Assembly (NCBI GenBank): GCA_030424665.1
Contig: JAUHWN010000005.1
Span: 1 to 58,588 of the forward strand
Length of the DNA: 58,588 nucleotides
Origin: Bdellovibrionia bacterium
GTDB lineage: Bacteria > Bdellovibrionota > Bdellovibrionia > Bdellovibrionales > JAGQZY01
Reading direction: 5' to 3'
Position 1 is the stretch's first letter, and each line of letters begins with the position of its first letter. Shown here piece after piece: positions 25,414 to 34,702 of this stretch. Position numbers and translations under genes: made by a program. The notes under the pieces are model-generated. The model did no database searches, was not told the origin of the DNA, and saw only the letters and a list, made by a program, of their open reading frames with translations.

Positions 25414-26595
25414 GTGTCTGCAATACAAAAATTAATTCTTATACTCAGTCTTTTTTCGGTCGGCTTTATCGGCTGTTCACAAGAACTCACAGATGATGAA
25501 GAAGGTGACATTACTTCAGTTATTATTACAGGTGTCAGTGAGGCCAATTCTAAACTCACAGCCACCGCCGATATGATTAGCTCTTCCGCTGGAAGTTCTA
25601 GTGTTGGAACATTGTCGACGAATCTCGACTCGGTTTGGAATACGGCAAATGGTGTTGGCGCACTCAGCAACACCGGTCAAGAAACACTTAAAGAGTGGAT
25701 CGGCAACATGTTTGATCCGACATTTGTTAACACTAACGATGCAAAAGTAACCTTTGCTGGTCGCATAACTAATGCCCTCGATGTACTTTGCATCCTCGGA
25801 GCCGCAGGCCTTACCACCGATAGCACGGGTCTTCCCGAGGATGGAAACCATACATTCACAATCACAGCAGCCATGCTTACGGCTTGTGGAAATTCTGAAA
25901 CCTCAATGATCGACGCAGAAATTAGCTTAACAGCCACAACACTCACCAACACGGCAATCTATGACAAATCTTTTTCTGTGGATCTACCTGGTGCGGCCAA
26001 CGACGCCTGTCCATTTGTCTTTCAAGTCAAAGCCAACTCGAGTGTCGTTAATATCGCAACAGCCGAAGACCAAAACTGCGATGGGCGAGATCAAGCGTCC
26101 GCATCAGTCATTCGTTACGACATCACCAATCAAACCATGCGGTTTCGATATATCTCGCAAGCTTTCGGTGCAGATCCTTCCGGTTTTGAATTTTACCGAG
26201 GGTATTTAAACGAAGCTTCTGATGAGGCCTATGTTCTCGGGTTTTACGGCGGAGATAGCAACCCGGCAGCAGGAAGTTCAGCGAACCTCGACGGGTACAT
26301 TGGTTTTTCAGCAGCCGGTCGCCCATCTGCCGGGGGAACCGTCGCAGTCAGTGCTGCCGTTGATAATCAACCGGGAATCGCCGACGATGTCTATAATGGT
26401 TGCGTCGATTCGAGTAACGGTAACGTAACCTCAACCACCGACACCCTTAACTGTACCCTCGGTGGCGGCGCTGACATGACTGGATCATTCAGTGAAATCA
26501 CCGATGCCTACGATGCCAACAATGCCCGCTCTGATATTTATGATATCGACGCAACAACTGACGTCGATTTTACCGACGATACAGATATGTTCTAA
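25414..26595 (+). CDS. Lipoprotein, hypothetical (T/S/G/A/D/N-rich)
   Basis: GTG start with AGGGGA 7 nt upstream. Lipobox-like LFSVGFIGC/SQE. No family recognised. Confidence 0.6.
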   Translation: MSAIQKLILILSLFSVGFIGCSQELTDDEEGDITSVIITGVSEANSKLTATADMISSSAGSSSVGTLSTNLDSVWNTANGVGALSNTGQETLKEWIGNMFDPTFVNTNDAKVTFAGRITNALDVLCILGAAGLTTDSTGLPEDGNHTFTITAAMLTACGNSETSMIDAEISLTATTLTNTAIYDKSFSVDLPGAANDACPFVFQVKANSSVVNIATAEDQNCDGRDQASASVIRYDITNQTMRFRYISQAFGADPSGFEFYRGYLNEASDEAYVLGFYGGDSNPAAGSSANLDGYIGFSAAGRPSAGGTVAVSAAVDNQPGIADDVYNGCVDSSNGNVTSTTDTLNCTLGGGADMTGSFSEITDAYDANNARSDIYDIDATTDVDFTDDTDMF

Positions 26596-26626
26596 AGCCT
26601 AAAGAATTAGTTTTATGAAAATTGGC

Positions 26627-26650
26627 AAAGGGACCTTAAAGGGTCCCTTT
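26627..26650. terminator. Bidirectional hairpin terminator between convergent genes
   Basis: AAAGGGACC (26627-26635) and GGTCCCTTT (26642-26650) flank a 6 nt loop. A/T runs lie on both sides. It sits between the stops at 26595 (+) and 26652 (-). Confidence 0.6.
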
Positions 26651-26651
26651 T

Positions 26652-27125
26652 TTAGTATTTGTTGGCATCTACAATAAAGATATCAAAAATATTTTGATCG
26701 TTATTAAGGCCATTATGCAATACTAGAGATTCACTCATGTGGGCCATAATCACAATGATATCCCGGTCTTGAACCGCTGGATCGGAAAAATATATTTTCG
26801 CGAGATCCAAAATTTCTTGGGCATCATAGGCTGGCATATTTGGGTCCGAGCCGTCGGCACCTGGAATCCCATCAGTTGTATCTATGAAAAAAGTAAAGCA
26901 TGCCGGTTCGACCTTGTTGGTTAGGTCAATGGTGTCGCGACAGGGCTCGACAATATTATTAAATTCTTCGGGAGTAAGGGCTCTGGCTGGCGAAACTAAA
27001 AGTCCATCCGACGCAAGAGCTTTAGCCTCAACTCCATCGCCGCAAGAGCAGAGAAAAGCCAATGTCCCAATACTAAACAGTATTAAAATGAGTGATTTTA
27101 AAGTTCTCATCATCCTGTGCCTCAC
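26652..27125 (-). CDS. Lipoprotein, hypothetical
   Basis: The N-terminus ...LKSLILILFSIGTLAFLCSC/GDG is lipobox-like. The exact start among the leading Met codons is uncertain. No family recognised. Confidence 0.55.
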   Translation of the reverse strand: MRHRMMRTLKSLILILFSIGTLAFLCSCGDGVEAKALASDGLLVSPARALTPEEFNNIVEPCRDTIDLTNKVEPACFTFFIDTTDGIPGADGSDPNMPAYDAQEILDLAKIYFSDPAVQDRDIIVIMAHMSESLVLHNGLNNDQNIFDIFIVDANKY

Positions 27126-27250
27126 CCCTATTTAGAGCAAATACGGTTCCAGACAAATGCTCCAGATTTGCCGCTAAGGGCGATAAAACGCCTAATTTAT
27201 AGTGAGTGTTAGGATCATGACAAAATCTTAGAGATTCAGATTTAGACAAC

Positions 27251-27274
27251 AAAAAACCCACTCAAGGTGGGTTT
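27251..27274 (-). terminator. Rho-independent terminator downstream of lpdA
   Basis: Minus strand reads AAACCCAC-CTTGA-GTGGGTTT followed by TTTTT. Confidence 0.65.
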
Positions 27275-27329
27275 ATCAAAATCGAACTTTATTAAGCCTC
27301 TCAAAAGAGACGCTCTTTTACTGACAGAA

Positions 27330-28787
27330 TTATGCTCTAGCCCCACTACCATTGCGCTTTGTAGCTGAACCTAAGGGCTTTTGAATAATGTGAATAGCAT
27401 GACCGAGAGTAGCCTCAGCAGCTTCCATCATCGTTTCACCCAGTGTTGGATGGGGATGAATTGAAAGTGCGATGTCTTCGAGCCTTGCACCCATTTCGAT
27501 AGCGAGAACCGCCTCAGAAATAAGGTTAGAAGCCTCTGGTCCAACGATATGAACTCCGAGTAAGACGTGAGTCTTAGCATCGGCAATCATTTTAACAAAA
27601 CCATCGGTTTCCATCATCGAAACAGCCTTACCGTTAGCCCCAAAAGGAAACTTTGCAACTTTTAAATCGCTGTGACCATTAGCCTTGCACTCCGCCTCAG
27701 TCCATCCAGCGCTGGCAATTTCAGGATCAACGAAAATGACAGCGGGAACCGTCTTGGCATCGTAAACACGATTCTTTCCGGCTATAACTTCTGCCACCAG
27801 AACTCCCTCGTGGGAAGCTTTATGGGCAAGCATGGGCTGGCCGGCGATATCTCCAATGGCAAAAATATTAGGAATACTAGTGCGTCGTTGTTCGTTCACC
27901 TTAACGAAACCGCGTTCATCAATTGCAAGGCCAATCCCTTTGAGATTCGCTTGATCAGAATTCGGCTTGCGACCAACAGTCACAAGAATTTTATCAGTTT
28001 TAATCTTTTCTTCTTTGCCACCCTTTTCAAAAGTCACTTCTAGGCTCTTACCCGACTTTTTAAAGGATTTCGCTTTTGCACCGAAGTGAAGATTAACTCC
28101 CGACTTTTTCAGTTTTCTTTGTACAACTTGAATACACTCAGGGTCAGCCATACCTGTGAGCAAACCATCTTGAGCTTCGAGAACGTGAACCTCAGCACCA
28201 AATTTTTGCATGAACGAGCTAATCTCTAAACCGATATAACCACCACCAATGACGACCATCTTCTTTGGCACTTCATCTTGCGCCAATGCACCCGTCGATG
28301 ACAGAACATCTTTTTCGTCAAACTTAAAACCTGGAATCTCAATCGGTCGAGACCCGGTAGCCACAACAAAATATTTCGTGGTTAGAGTTTCAGTTCCCTT
28401 AGAAGATTTGACTTCGATTGAAGTCGTCGTCTTGAATGTTGCATCACCTTGAACGATGGTGACTTTATTACCTTTTAGAAGTTGATTCACTCCGCCTGAC
28501 ATTTTATCGCAAACGCCTTGCTTCCACTTTTGCATCTGCTCCATGTCCACATCGACATCGCCCTTTACTTTGATTCCCATTTCTTTGGAATCATGTTCAA
28601 GTTTGTGCAGAAAATGGGCGGCACCAATCATGGCTTTTGAAGGAATACACCCCACATTTAGGCAAACGCCTCCCACTTTTTCTCGCTCGATTACGGCCGT
28701 TTTAAAACCCAATTGGGCAGATCGAATCGCCGCAACATAACCACCTGGACCAGAACCTACTACAATAACGTCATAAGATTGTGACAT
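27330..28787 (-). CDS. lpdA: Dihydrolipoyl dehydrogenase (E3)
   Basis: YDVIVVGSGPGGYVAA FAD motif, redox-active disulfide GGVCLNVGCIPSK, second Rossmann motif VVIGGGYIGLE, and C-terminal HPHPTLGE interface motif. Confidence 0.95.
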   Translation of the reverse strand: MSQSYDVIVVGSGPGGYVAAIRSAQLGFKTAVIEREKVGGVCLNVGCIPSKAMIGAAHFLHKLEHDSKEMGIKVKGDVDVDMEQMQKWKQGVCDKMSGGVNQLLKGNKVTIVQGDATFKTTTSIEVKSSKGTETLTTKYFVVATGSRPIEIPGFKFDEKDVLSSTGALAQDEVPKKMVVIGGGYIGLEISSFMQKFGAEVHVLEAQDGLLTGMADPECIQVVQRKLKKSGVNLHFGAKAKSFKKSGKSLEVTFEKGGKEEKIKTDKILVTVGRKPNSDQANLKGIGLAIDERGFVKVNEQRRTSIPNIFAIGDIAGQPMLAHKASHEGVLVAEVIAGKNRVYDAKTVPAVIFVDPEIASAGWTEAECKANGHSDLKVAKFPFGANGKAVSMMETDGFVKMIADAKTHVLLGVHIVGPEASNLISEAVLAIEMGARLEDIALSIHPHPTLGETMMEAAEATLGHAIHIIQKPLGSATKRNGSGARA

Positions 28788-28797
28788 TTAAAAACTC

Positions 28798-30111
28798 CTA
28801 CATCATATCCATCATTAGTACGCCGGGATTCTCCATGCGCTTAATAAAAGCAGCGAGGAATCGAGCGGCAACGGCACCATCAATGAGTCTGTGATCACAA
28901 GTCACCGTATAATTCATAAAGCTAGCCACATCGAGCTCACCGTCTTTAACGATCGGACGCTCTTGGATTTTATACATCCCAAAAATCGCGACTTCAGGGT
29001 GATTAATAATTGGCGTGGCATAGTTTCCGCCAACACTTCCAATATTAGTGATTGTGAAAGTCGCTCCACGCATTTCATCGAGGGCGAGTTTACCATCACG
29101 AGCACGCGTCGCGAGATCAACAATTTCTTGCGAAAGCTGCAAAATGGTTTTTTGATCAGCGTCTTTGATAACCGGTACCAATAATCCATTTGGAGTATCA
29201 GCTGCAAAACCCACATTGAAATACTTTTTGTAAACGATTTCCTGGGCGGCATCGTCAATACTGGCATTAAACATTGGGAACTCGCGAACTGTAGCAATAA
29301 GTGCCTTCATTACGAATGGAAGGTAGGTAATTTTTGTTCCGTACTGCTCTGCCAAAGGCTTCAAGGTTTTGCGAAGCTCAATGAGATCTGTGATATTGGC
29401 CTCGTCCATTAAAGTAAAATGAGGAATCACATGTTTTGCCATCTGCATGTTTTCGGCAATCTTCTTGCGAATTCCTTTAAGAGCAACGCGCTCCTCAACA
29501 GCTCCACCAGGACTCTGATAAGCAGGACGTGGAATTCCAGGTGACTGCAATGTTGGCGCTGCCGTGGTCGCAGATGTACTTCCGGTTTTTGATTTTGCAA
29601 GAACGTCGTCGCGAGTCACTCGCCCCGCAAGTCCGGTTCCAGAAATTTGATTAATATCAACACTTAACTCTCGGGCTAATCGACGAGTCGCCGGAGTCGC
29701 AAGAACTTTAATATCGGCAGCCGGTGGATAGACATCCATGCTGGCACTGCTTGCTTGTGGAGTTGAAGTCGCAGCAGCCATAGGTTGCGGCGTACTCGCT
29801 GGTGCCTGTGCGGCCGGCGCAGGCTCAGGCTTTTCTTCTTTGGTTGGCGCCGGCGTCGTCGATCCCGCAGCGTCGGTATCGATGACCATCATTACCGATT
29901 CAACTTCGATAACATCACCAGAATTGAATTTGAGTTCTAGAACTTTTCCGCCCGTTGGAGCCGGAACTTCAACAGTGGCTTTATCAGTCATAAGTTCGGC
30001 AATGGCTTGATCTGCTTCAATGGTATCTCCTACTTGAACTAACCAATCGACGAGTTCACCTTCAGTTACACCTTCTCCAATTTCAGGCAATTTAATATCT
30101 TGTTTGGCCAC
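28798..30111 (-). CDS. 2-oxoacid dehydrogenase E2 (dihydrolipoamide acyltransferase; one lipoyl domain)
   Basis: Lipoyl-lysine context AELMTDKATVEVPAP. Ala/Pro-rich linker. Peripheral subunit-binding domain ATPATRRLARELSVDINQISGTGLAGRVTRDDV. Catalytic CDHRLIDGA motif. Substrate class (pyruvate or branched-chain) cannot be decided from sequence alone. Confidence 0.93.
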   Translation of the reverse strand: MAKQDIKLPEIGEGVTEGELVDWLVQVGDTIEADQAIAELMTDKATVEVPAPTGGKVLELKFNSGDVIEVESVMMVIDTDAAGSTTPAPTKEEKPEPAPAAQAPASTPQPMAAATSTPQASSASMDVYPPAADIKVLATPATRRLARELSVDINQISGTGLAGRVTRDDVLAKSKTGSTSATTAAPTLQSPGIPRPAYQSPGGAVEERVALKGIRKKIAENMQMAKHVIPHFTLMDEANITDLIELRKTLKPLAEQYGTKITYLPFVMKALIATVREFPMFNASIDDAAQEIVYKKYFNVGFAADTPNGLLVPVIKDADQKTILQLSQEIVDLATRARDGKLALDEMRGATFTITNIGSVGGNYATPIINHPEVAIFGMYKIQERPIVKDGELDVASFMNYTVTCDHRLIDGAVAARFLAAFIKRMENPGVLMMDMM

Positions 30112-30227
30112 TTCTGCCTCCAGTTTGCTTACTGTTATTCAATCAAATAATTCCAAAGGAATAGTTTCTTTTAAAACGAAAGCCCATCTTATCGGGGCTA
30201 TCGAATACATCCAATACTTAATTCAAT

Positions 30228-31190
30228 TTACTGGGCTTCTCTTCGTTGTTTTTCGATCATACCCTTCATAAAAAATTCTGCAGCCTTATAAGAACTGCGA
30301 ACCAATGGACCACTTGCACAATAGAGAAAGCCCATTTCTTTTGCTGTGTCTTCCCATTTTTGAAACTTTTCGGGTGTGAGATATTCTTCAATCTGTAAAC
30401 GTCGGCCTTTTGGTTTTAGGTATTGACCAAAAGTAATGACGTCGCAGTCAATCTTTCGCAAGTCTTCCATGGTTTTCAGAATTTCGTCGTCGGTTTCGCC
30501 CAAACCTAGCATCAATGAGGTTTTTGTATAGCGGGAAGAGTCAAAATCTTTCACCCACTTAAGAACTTCCATAGACTGCTGGTAATTGGCGCGTGGATCG
30601 CGAACCTTTCGCTGTAAGCGCTCAACTGTTTCGAGGTTGTGGGCAAAAACATCCGGTTTAGCCGCAGCTAAGCGCTCAACCAATTCTTTATTTCCGCGAA
30701 AGTCAGGAGTTAAAACTTCGACAATGAGATCTGGGTCGTTTTCTTTGATAACTTTTATTGTTTCAGCAAAGTGACCCGAACCCTGATCTTCAAGGTCATC
30801 TCGATTCACAGATGTAATCACGACATATTCGAGGCCCATTTGCCCAATGGCCCAACCCACTTTTTGAGGCTCATCCTGATCGAGCCACCCTTTGGGGTTT
30901 CCGGTCTTAACAGCACAGAATCGACAACCACGGGTACAAACTTCACCCATCAGCATAAAAGTCGCGGTTCCACCGGCCCAGCACTCACCCATATTCGGGC
31001 ATTGAGCCTCTTGGCAAACCGTAGCTAAATTTAATTTTCCCAGCATTTCTTTGATCCGCAAATAATTGGGACCAGTTGGCGCTTTAACCTTAAGCCACTT
31101 CGGCTTTGCCAAGCCCTTGTCTTGAGATGCTGGTTTTCTGTCTGAGCCCTTCTGGGAGCCCGTGCCAGAACGCATTAAAGTCTTATCCAT
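30228..31190 (-). CDS. lipA: Lipoyl synthase
   Basis: Auxiliary cluster motif CQEAQCPNMGEC and radical SAM motif CTRGCRFCAV. Confidence 0.95.
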   Translation of the reverse strand: MDKTLMRSGTGSQKGSDRKPASQDKGLAKPKWLKVKAPTGPNYLRIKEMLGKLNLATVCQEAQCPNMGECWAGGTATFMLMGEVCTRGCRFCAVKTGNPKGWLDQDEPQKVGWAIGQMGLEYVVITSVNRDDLEDQGSGHFAETIKVIKENDPDLIVEVLTPDFRGNKELVERLAAAKPDVFAHNLETVERLQRKVRDPRANYQQSMEVLKWVKDFDSSRYTKTSLMLGLGETDDEILKTMEDLRKIDCDVITFGQYLKPKGRRLQIEEYLTPEKFQKWEDTAKEMGFLYCASGPLVRSSYKAAEFFMKGMIEKQRREAQ

Positions 31191-31455
31191 GGCCTCTTTT
31201 TAGTGGTTTTAGGCCCAGAACTCAAGGTTTATTCCCCCCTAAGATGCTCGCCTTTTTTCTAGGTTTTCACTTGCACAAATTAACGATCAGATCCGCGCTA
31301 CCTAAAACTATAACATATTGGTATTACTTGGCTTATGTAAAACTGGCGGTGAGCTTGAAGGGGTTTCTGAAGAGACCACTGCAGATCCTAGTAATTGCAC
31401 TGGACTAATTCCTGAAAAATTAAGTTAATTATGTTTGAACTGAGGAGCCAAATCC

Positions 31456-32052
31456 GTGTTTAAAGTCATCAATCTGAAGGGTCTTGCCTTTCAAATTCTA
31501 ATTATCCTTTTTGCCATTGAGGTCCTTGCGATGAAGCCCTACCGCCCAGAAGTTATGAAATTCGAAGCCCCCGAGCTTGGACTCGAACTCCAACTTCCCA
31601 TCGAAGGCGATCCGAAGCTTATCAAAAAAGAAGGCAAGTTTCTGTGGAAGAAAACAGAAACAACTCAGTGGAAAGACTTCGAAGGCGAAAAGCATCCAGC
31701 TCGAGTTTTGTTCTTTCCAGAAATTGAAAAAATTGTTTTTCTCGGTGGCCTCGGCGACCCTGGTGTGGACCTGGGACAAATTTCTATAACCGACTTTAGC
31801 GGTAAGATTCTTAAAGTTCTCAGTGCCAAGGACTCGATCACAAATTTAGAAGACATGGTACGGGAGTTTCGCCGAAAACCCAATTTTCCTTGGATGACGG
31901 GCTTGCTGATCAAAGATAAAAACACACTGGTTGTCGATATTTGCAATCAAGAGCGCATCGAACTCAATGTCGAAAAGATGAATCTGGTAAAAACGACTTA
32001 TAAAAAGGGTGAAACCAATCTCAATATCGGTGGCATGACCTACGACGAATAA
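31456..32052 (+). CDS. Hypothetical protein with an N-terminal hydrophobic anchor
   Basis: GTG start with GGAG 8 nt upstream. Hydrophobic segment LAFQILIILFAIEVLA. No family recognised. Confidence 0.5.
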   Translation: MFKVINLKGLAFQILIILFAIEVLAMKPYRPEVMKFEAPELGLELQLPIEGDPKLIKKEGKFLWKKTETTQWKDFEGEKHPARVLFFPEIEKIVFLGGLGDPGVDLGQISITDFSGKILKVLSAKDSITNLEDMVREFRRKPNFPWMTGLLIKDKNTLVVDICNQERIELNVEKMNLVKTTYKKGETNLNIGGMTYDE

Positions 32053-32105
32053 TAGCCATTGAGACCTTTTAAATTTACATTAGCAATGAAACTTCGATCG
32101 TCGCC

Positions 32106-33545
32106 TTAATTGTTTCTTCCGCCGGCGAGAATCCACAATCGAACCTGCTCAATGAGATTGGCATCTGCCAGATTGCCCGCTTGGGGCATCGGGTTGGCTG
32201 TGTCAGTCATCCTTTGATATATCAAACTATTGGTATCACTTCCCGGCATGATTCTTTGAACGACAGTATTATACTGATCAAAATTGAGTCCGCCACGAGC
32301 GCGTCCATTTCGATGACAGGCCCGACAGTTGTTTCTAAATACTCCGCCATTTCCGGCTAGTTCAGAAAAATCATAGGCCGTAAACAAGGCATCTTTCAGA
32401 CAATTATCGGCATTGGCCAAGCCATCGGTAGTAATACACTGATCAATATCGGCCTGGGTCAGTCCATTAAAGGTAACAAAGCCATTTGAACTTAAACAAT
32501 TCATGATGCCTGCCTGACCATTAATGCGATCACACATTTCAAGGTCAGCGCGGGCCAAAGACGTCTCGAGAAGGTTCTTACTACGCAAACAACTCGCAAG
32601 AGCGGCAAGTCCATCCTCTTCTACACATGTGCTAACATCAGTTTGCTCAAGAGTTGCGGCAAAACCATTTCGTCGCAGACACGAGGCTAGTGAATCAAGC
32701 CCTTGGGAACTAATGCACGAATCAATATGTTCTTGATGGGCTGTACGCGGCACACGCTCGCCACGGGCTAAACAGGTGCGAACATTAAAAACCCCGTCAG
32801 AATCAATACAATTTTCAATTTGAGCGGCAGCAGTCGCCGAAATATTCACGCGGTTGCGAACACAATCTGGAACATCAGCATCGTCACCCACGACAGCTTT
32901 ACAATAATCCACATCATATTGAATAAGCGCATTCCTTTGCTGACTTAAAATTCCCGCTGTACGCAAACAGGACTCTAGCTGATTAAAATTCCCACCAGCA
33001 AGACAGGTGTCGATTTCCGACTGAAACGTTGATACATCGCTGAGAATTTCTTCGCCAAAACTTTGGGTTAATCCGCGGTTTGCAATACAATTAGCAATAC
33101 CTTCACTCGAACTGTCCTGACAATCATTCAGGTCAATTTGTGAGAATTCTCGATATCCAAAAACCAAAAACCCTTTTCTATAGAGACAATTCGCCATAGC
33201 AAACTGCTCTTTACCAACAGAGGTACTACAAGCTTTTAAATCTAAACTCGAAAGTCCTTCTGGAAGAGAGTCATTGGCTATAATACAGTTTCTGATTTCC
33301 AGTTCGTCATCTTGGGCGAGACAGGTTTTAAAAACAGAATAGGTCATTGGTTTTTGCGGACCCGTAGGCATTGGCTCATCAAAAGGAATACCACCACTGT
33401 TATCTTCTTTTCCACCATTTCCCTCTGAAGAAAATGGATCTGAACTAGAAATGGGCTTAAAGCGGCCATTACAATTTTGATAGAACATCAAGTTGAAAGT
33501 TAATAGCGAGACAATAACGACAACATAAACGTGAGACGATTTCAT
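32106..33545 (-). CDS. Secreted protein with about 10 cysteine-pair repeats and a C-terminal CXXCH (PSCyt1-like) cytochrome c domain
   Basis: I prefer ATG 33545 (MKSSHVYVVVIVSLLTFNL...) because GGGGAAAAGG lies upstream. About ten units follow the pattern D.C....G......C(L/I)...G, for example IDSCISSQGLDSLASCLRRNGF and VSTCVEEDGLAALASCLRSKNL. The C-terminus FRNNCRACHRNG...GGLNFD...PGSDTNSLIYQRM....MPQ...L....I..VRLWILAGG follows the Planctomycete cytochrome C domain pattern. Confidence 0.75.
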   Translation of the reverse strand: MKSSHVYVVVIVSLLTFNLMFYQNCNGRFKPISSSDPFSSEGNGGKEDNSGGIPFDEPMPTGPQKPMTYSVFKTCLAQDDELEIRNCIIANDSLPEGLSSLDLKACSTSVGKEQFAMANCLYRKGFLVFGYREFSQIDLNDCQDSSSEGIANCIANRGLTQSFGEEILSDVSTFQSEIDTCLAGGNFNQLESCLRTAGILSQQRNALIQYDVDYCKAVVGDDADVPDCVRNRVNISATAAAQIENCIDSDGVFNVRTCLARGERVPRTAHQEHIDSCISSQGLDSLASCLRRNGFAATLEQTDVSTCVEEDGLAALASCLRSKNLLETSLARADLEMCDRINGQAGIMNCLSSNGFVTFNGLTQADIDQCITTDGLANADNCLKDALFTAYDFSELAGNGGVFRNNCRACHRNGRARGGLNFDQYNTVVQRIMPGSDTNSLIYQRMTDTANPMPQAGNLADANLIEQVRLWILAGGRNN

Positions 33546-33891
33546 ATACCTTTTCCCCATGGTCAAAAGACCCCGTGTACCACCCTCATCTAAAGCGAAT
33601 GTCGTACCAAATACCAAGTTCGATCTCACCATGAGATCTTTGCCGCAAGCCCCTAAACTACTGAAATTATAAACGATAACTGGCCACCAAAAAGTCCAAT
33701 TTTTTTGTCTATCTTCAAAACATAAAAAACATATACAAAAGCCCGAAATTAACCAAAGCTTAGACACCTCATTTATTGGGCGGGGTTTCTTTGACTGTAT
33801 AGTCTTGATACACTCACTATTTTGTGAAAACTCTTTTTATAATTCAAAATCAAAACTCGCCTAAAAAGGGCCATCAGAGTGGGAGTGATGA

Positions 33892-34641
33892 ATGGAATTT
33901 AATCCACCTTTAAAATCGGGACAGTTTCTTAAACGCTATAAACGTTTTTTTGCCGACATCGAAAAAGACGGCGAAGTCATAACGGCCCATTGCCCCAATA
34001 CGGGTAGCATGAAGGGATTAAAGGAACAGCCAACGGAATGTCGCTTCTCTGTTAACGACGACCCTAAAAGAAAACTCAAAGCAACTCTAGAGATGATTAA
34101 AACTGAAACCTCGTGGGTGGGAGTGAATACCGCTCTTCCCAATAAGCTCGTCTATGAACTCTGGGCTTCGGGCCAAGTGAAACACTGGAAACCGTTTGAT
34201 CGCGCTCAATCCGAAGTTAAAATCTCTGATAAGTCGCGCATCGACCTCGTGCTCTGGGAAGAAGCTAAAGCTCCTGACATTAAAAAGCTTTCCCATAAAA
34301 TTATTGAAAAAGATGAATTTCCATTGCACATGATCGAAGTGAAAAATGTGACTCTCGCCGAAGGAAAAACGGCAATGTTTCCCGACGCGGTGACCGAGCG
34401 TGGACAAAAACATATCATCGAACTCATGGAGCTCATGGATCGCGGTTACACGTGCGAGTTCGTATTCACAGTTCAGCGTGAAGATTGCGCTATCTTCACT
34501 CCAGCTGCTGACATCGACCCAGAGTACGCACGCCTTTTGAAAGAGGCCCATAATAAAGGTTTAATAGTCTCGGCCTTTCCCTGCAAACTGACTGAATCCT
34601 CTATCGAACTCTTACCCAAGTCGCTTCCCATTAAATTTTAG
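33892..34641 (+). CDS. sfsA: SfsA family protein (sugar fermentation stimulation protein A)
   Basis: MEFNPPLKSGQFLKRYKRFFADIEKDGEVITAHCPNTGSM closely parallels the conserved SfsA N-terminus (MEF.PPL......RYKRFLADV....G....HCPNTGAM). Confidence 0.9.
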   Translation: MEFNPPLKSGQFLKRYKRFFADIEKDGEVITAHCPNTGSMKGLKEQPTECRFSVNDDPKRKLKATLEMIKTETSWVGVNTALPNKLVYELWASGQVKHWKPFDRAQSEVKISDKSRIDLVLWEEAKAPDIKKLSHKIIEKDEFPLHMIEVKNVTLAEGKTAMFPDAVTERGQKHIIELMELMDRGYTCEFVFTVQREDCAIFTPAADIDPEYARLLKEAHNKGLIVSAFPCKLTESSIELLPKSLPIKF

Positions 34642-34643
34642 AC

Positions 34644-34672
34644 AAAAAAAAGCCCTCACTTTGAGGGCCTTT
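34644..34672 (-). terminator. Rho-independent terminator downstream of the DsbA-like gene; may also serve sfsA
   Basis: GCCCTCA-CTT-TGAGGGC hairpin with T8 on the minus strand. It lies between the convergent stops at 34641 and 34703. Confidence 0.65.
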
Positions 34673-34702
34673 GCGCTAGATTTTATGAAAACTACTTCTG
34701 AA

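Noticed and set aside
33546-33767. N-terminal 74-codon extension of the cysteine-repeat/cytochrome ORF.
   Set aside because: The extension (MSKLWLISGFCICFLCFEDRQKNWTFWW...) has no Shine-Dalgarno sequence. The internal ATG at 33545 has a G-rich Shine-Dalgarno and starts a normal signal-anchor.
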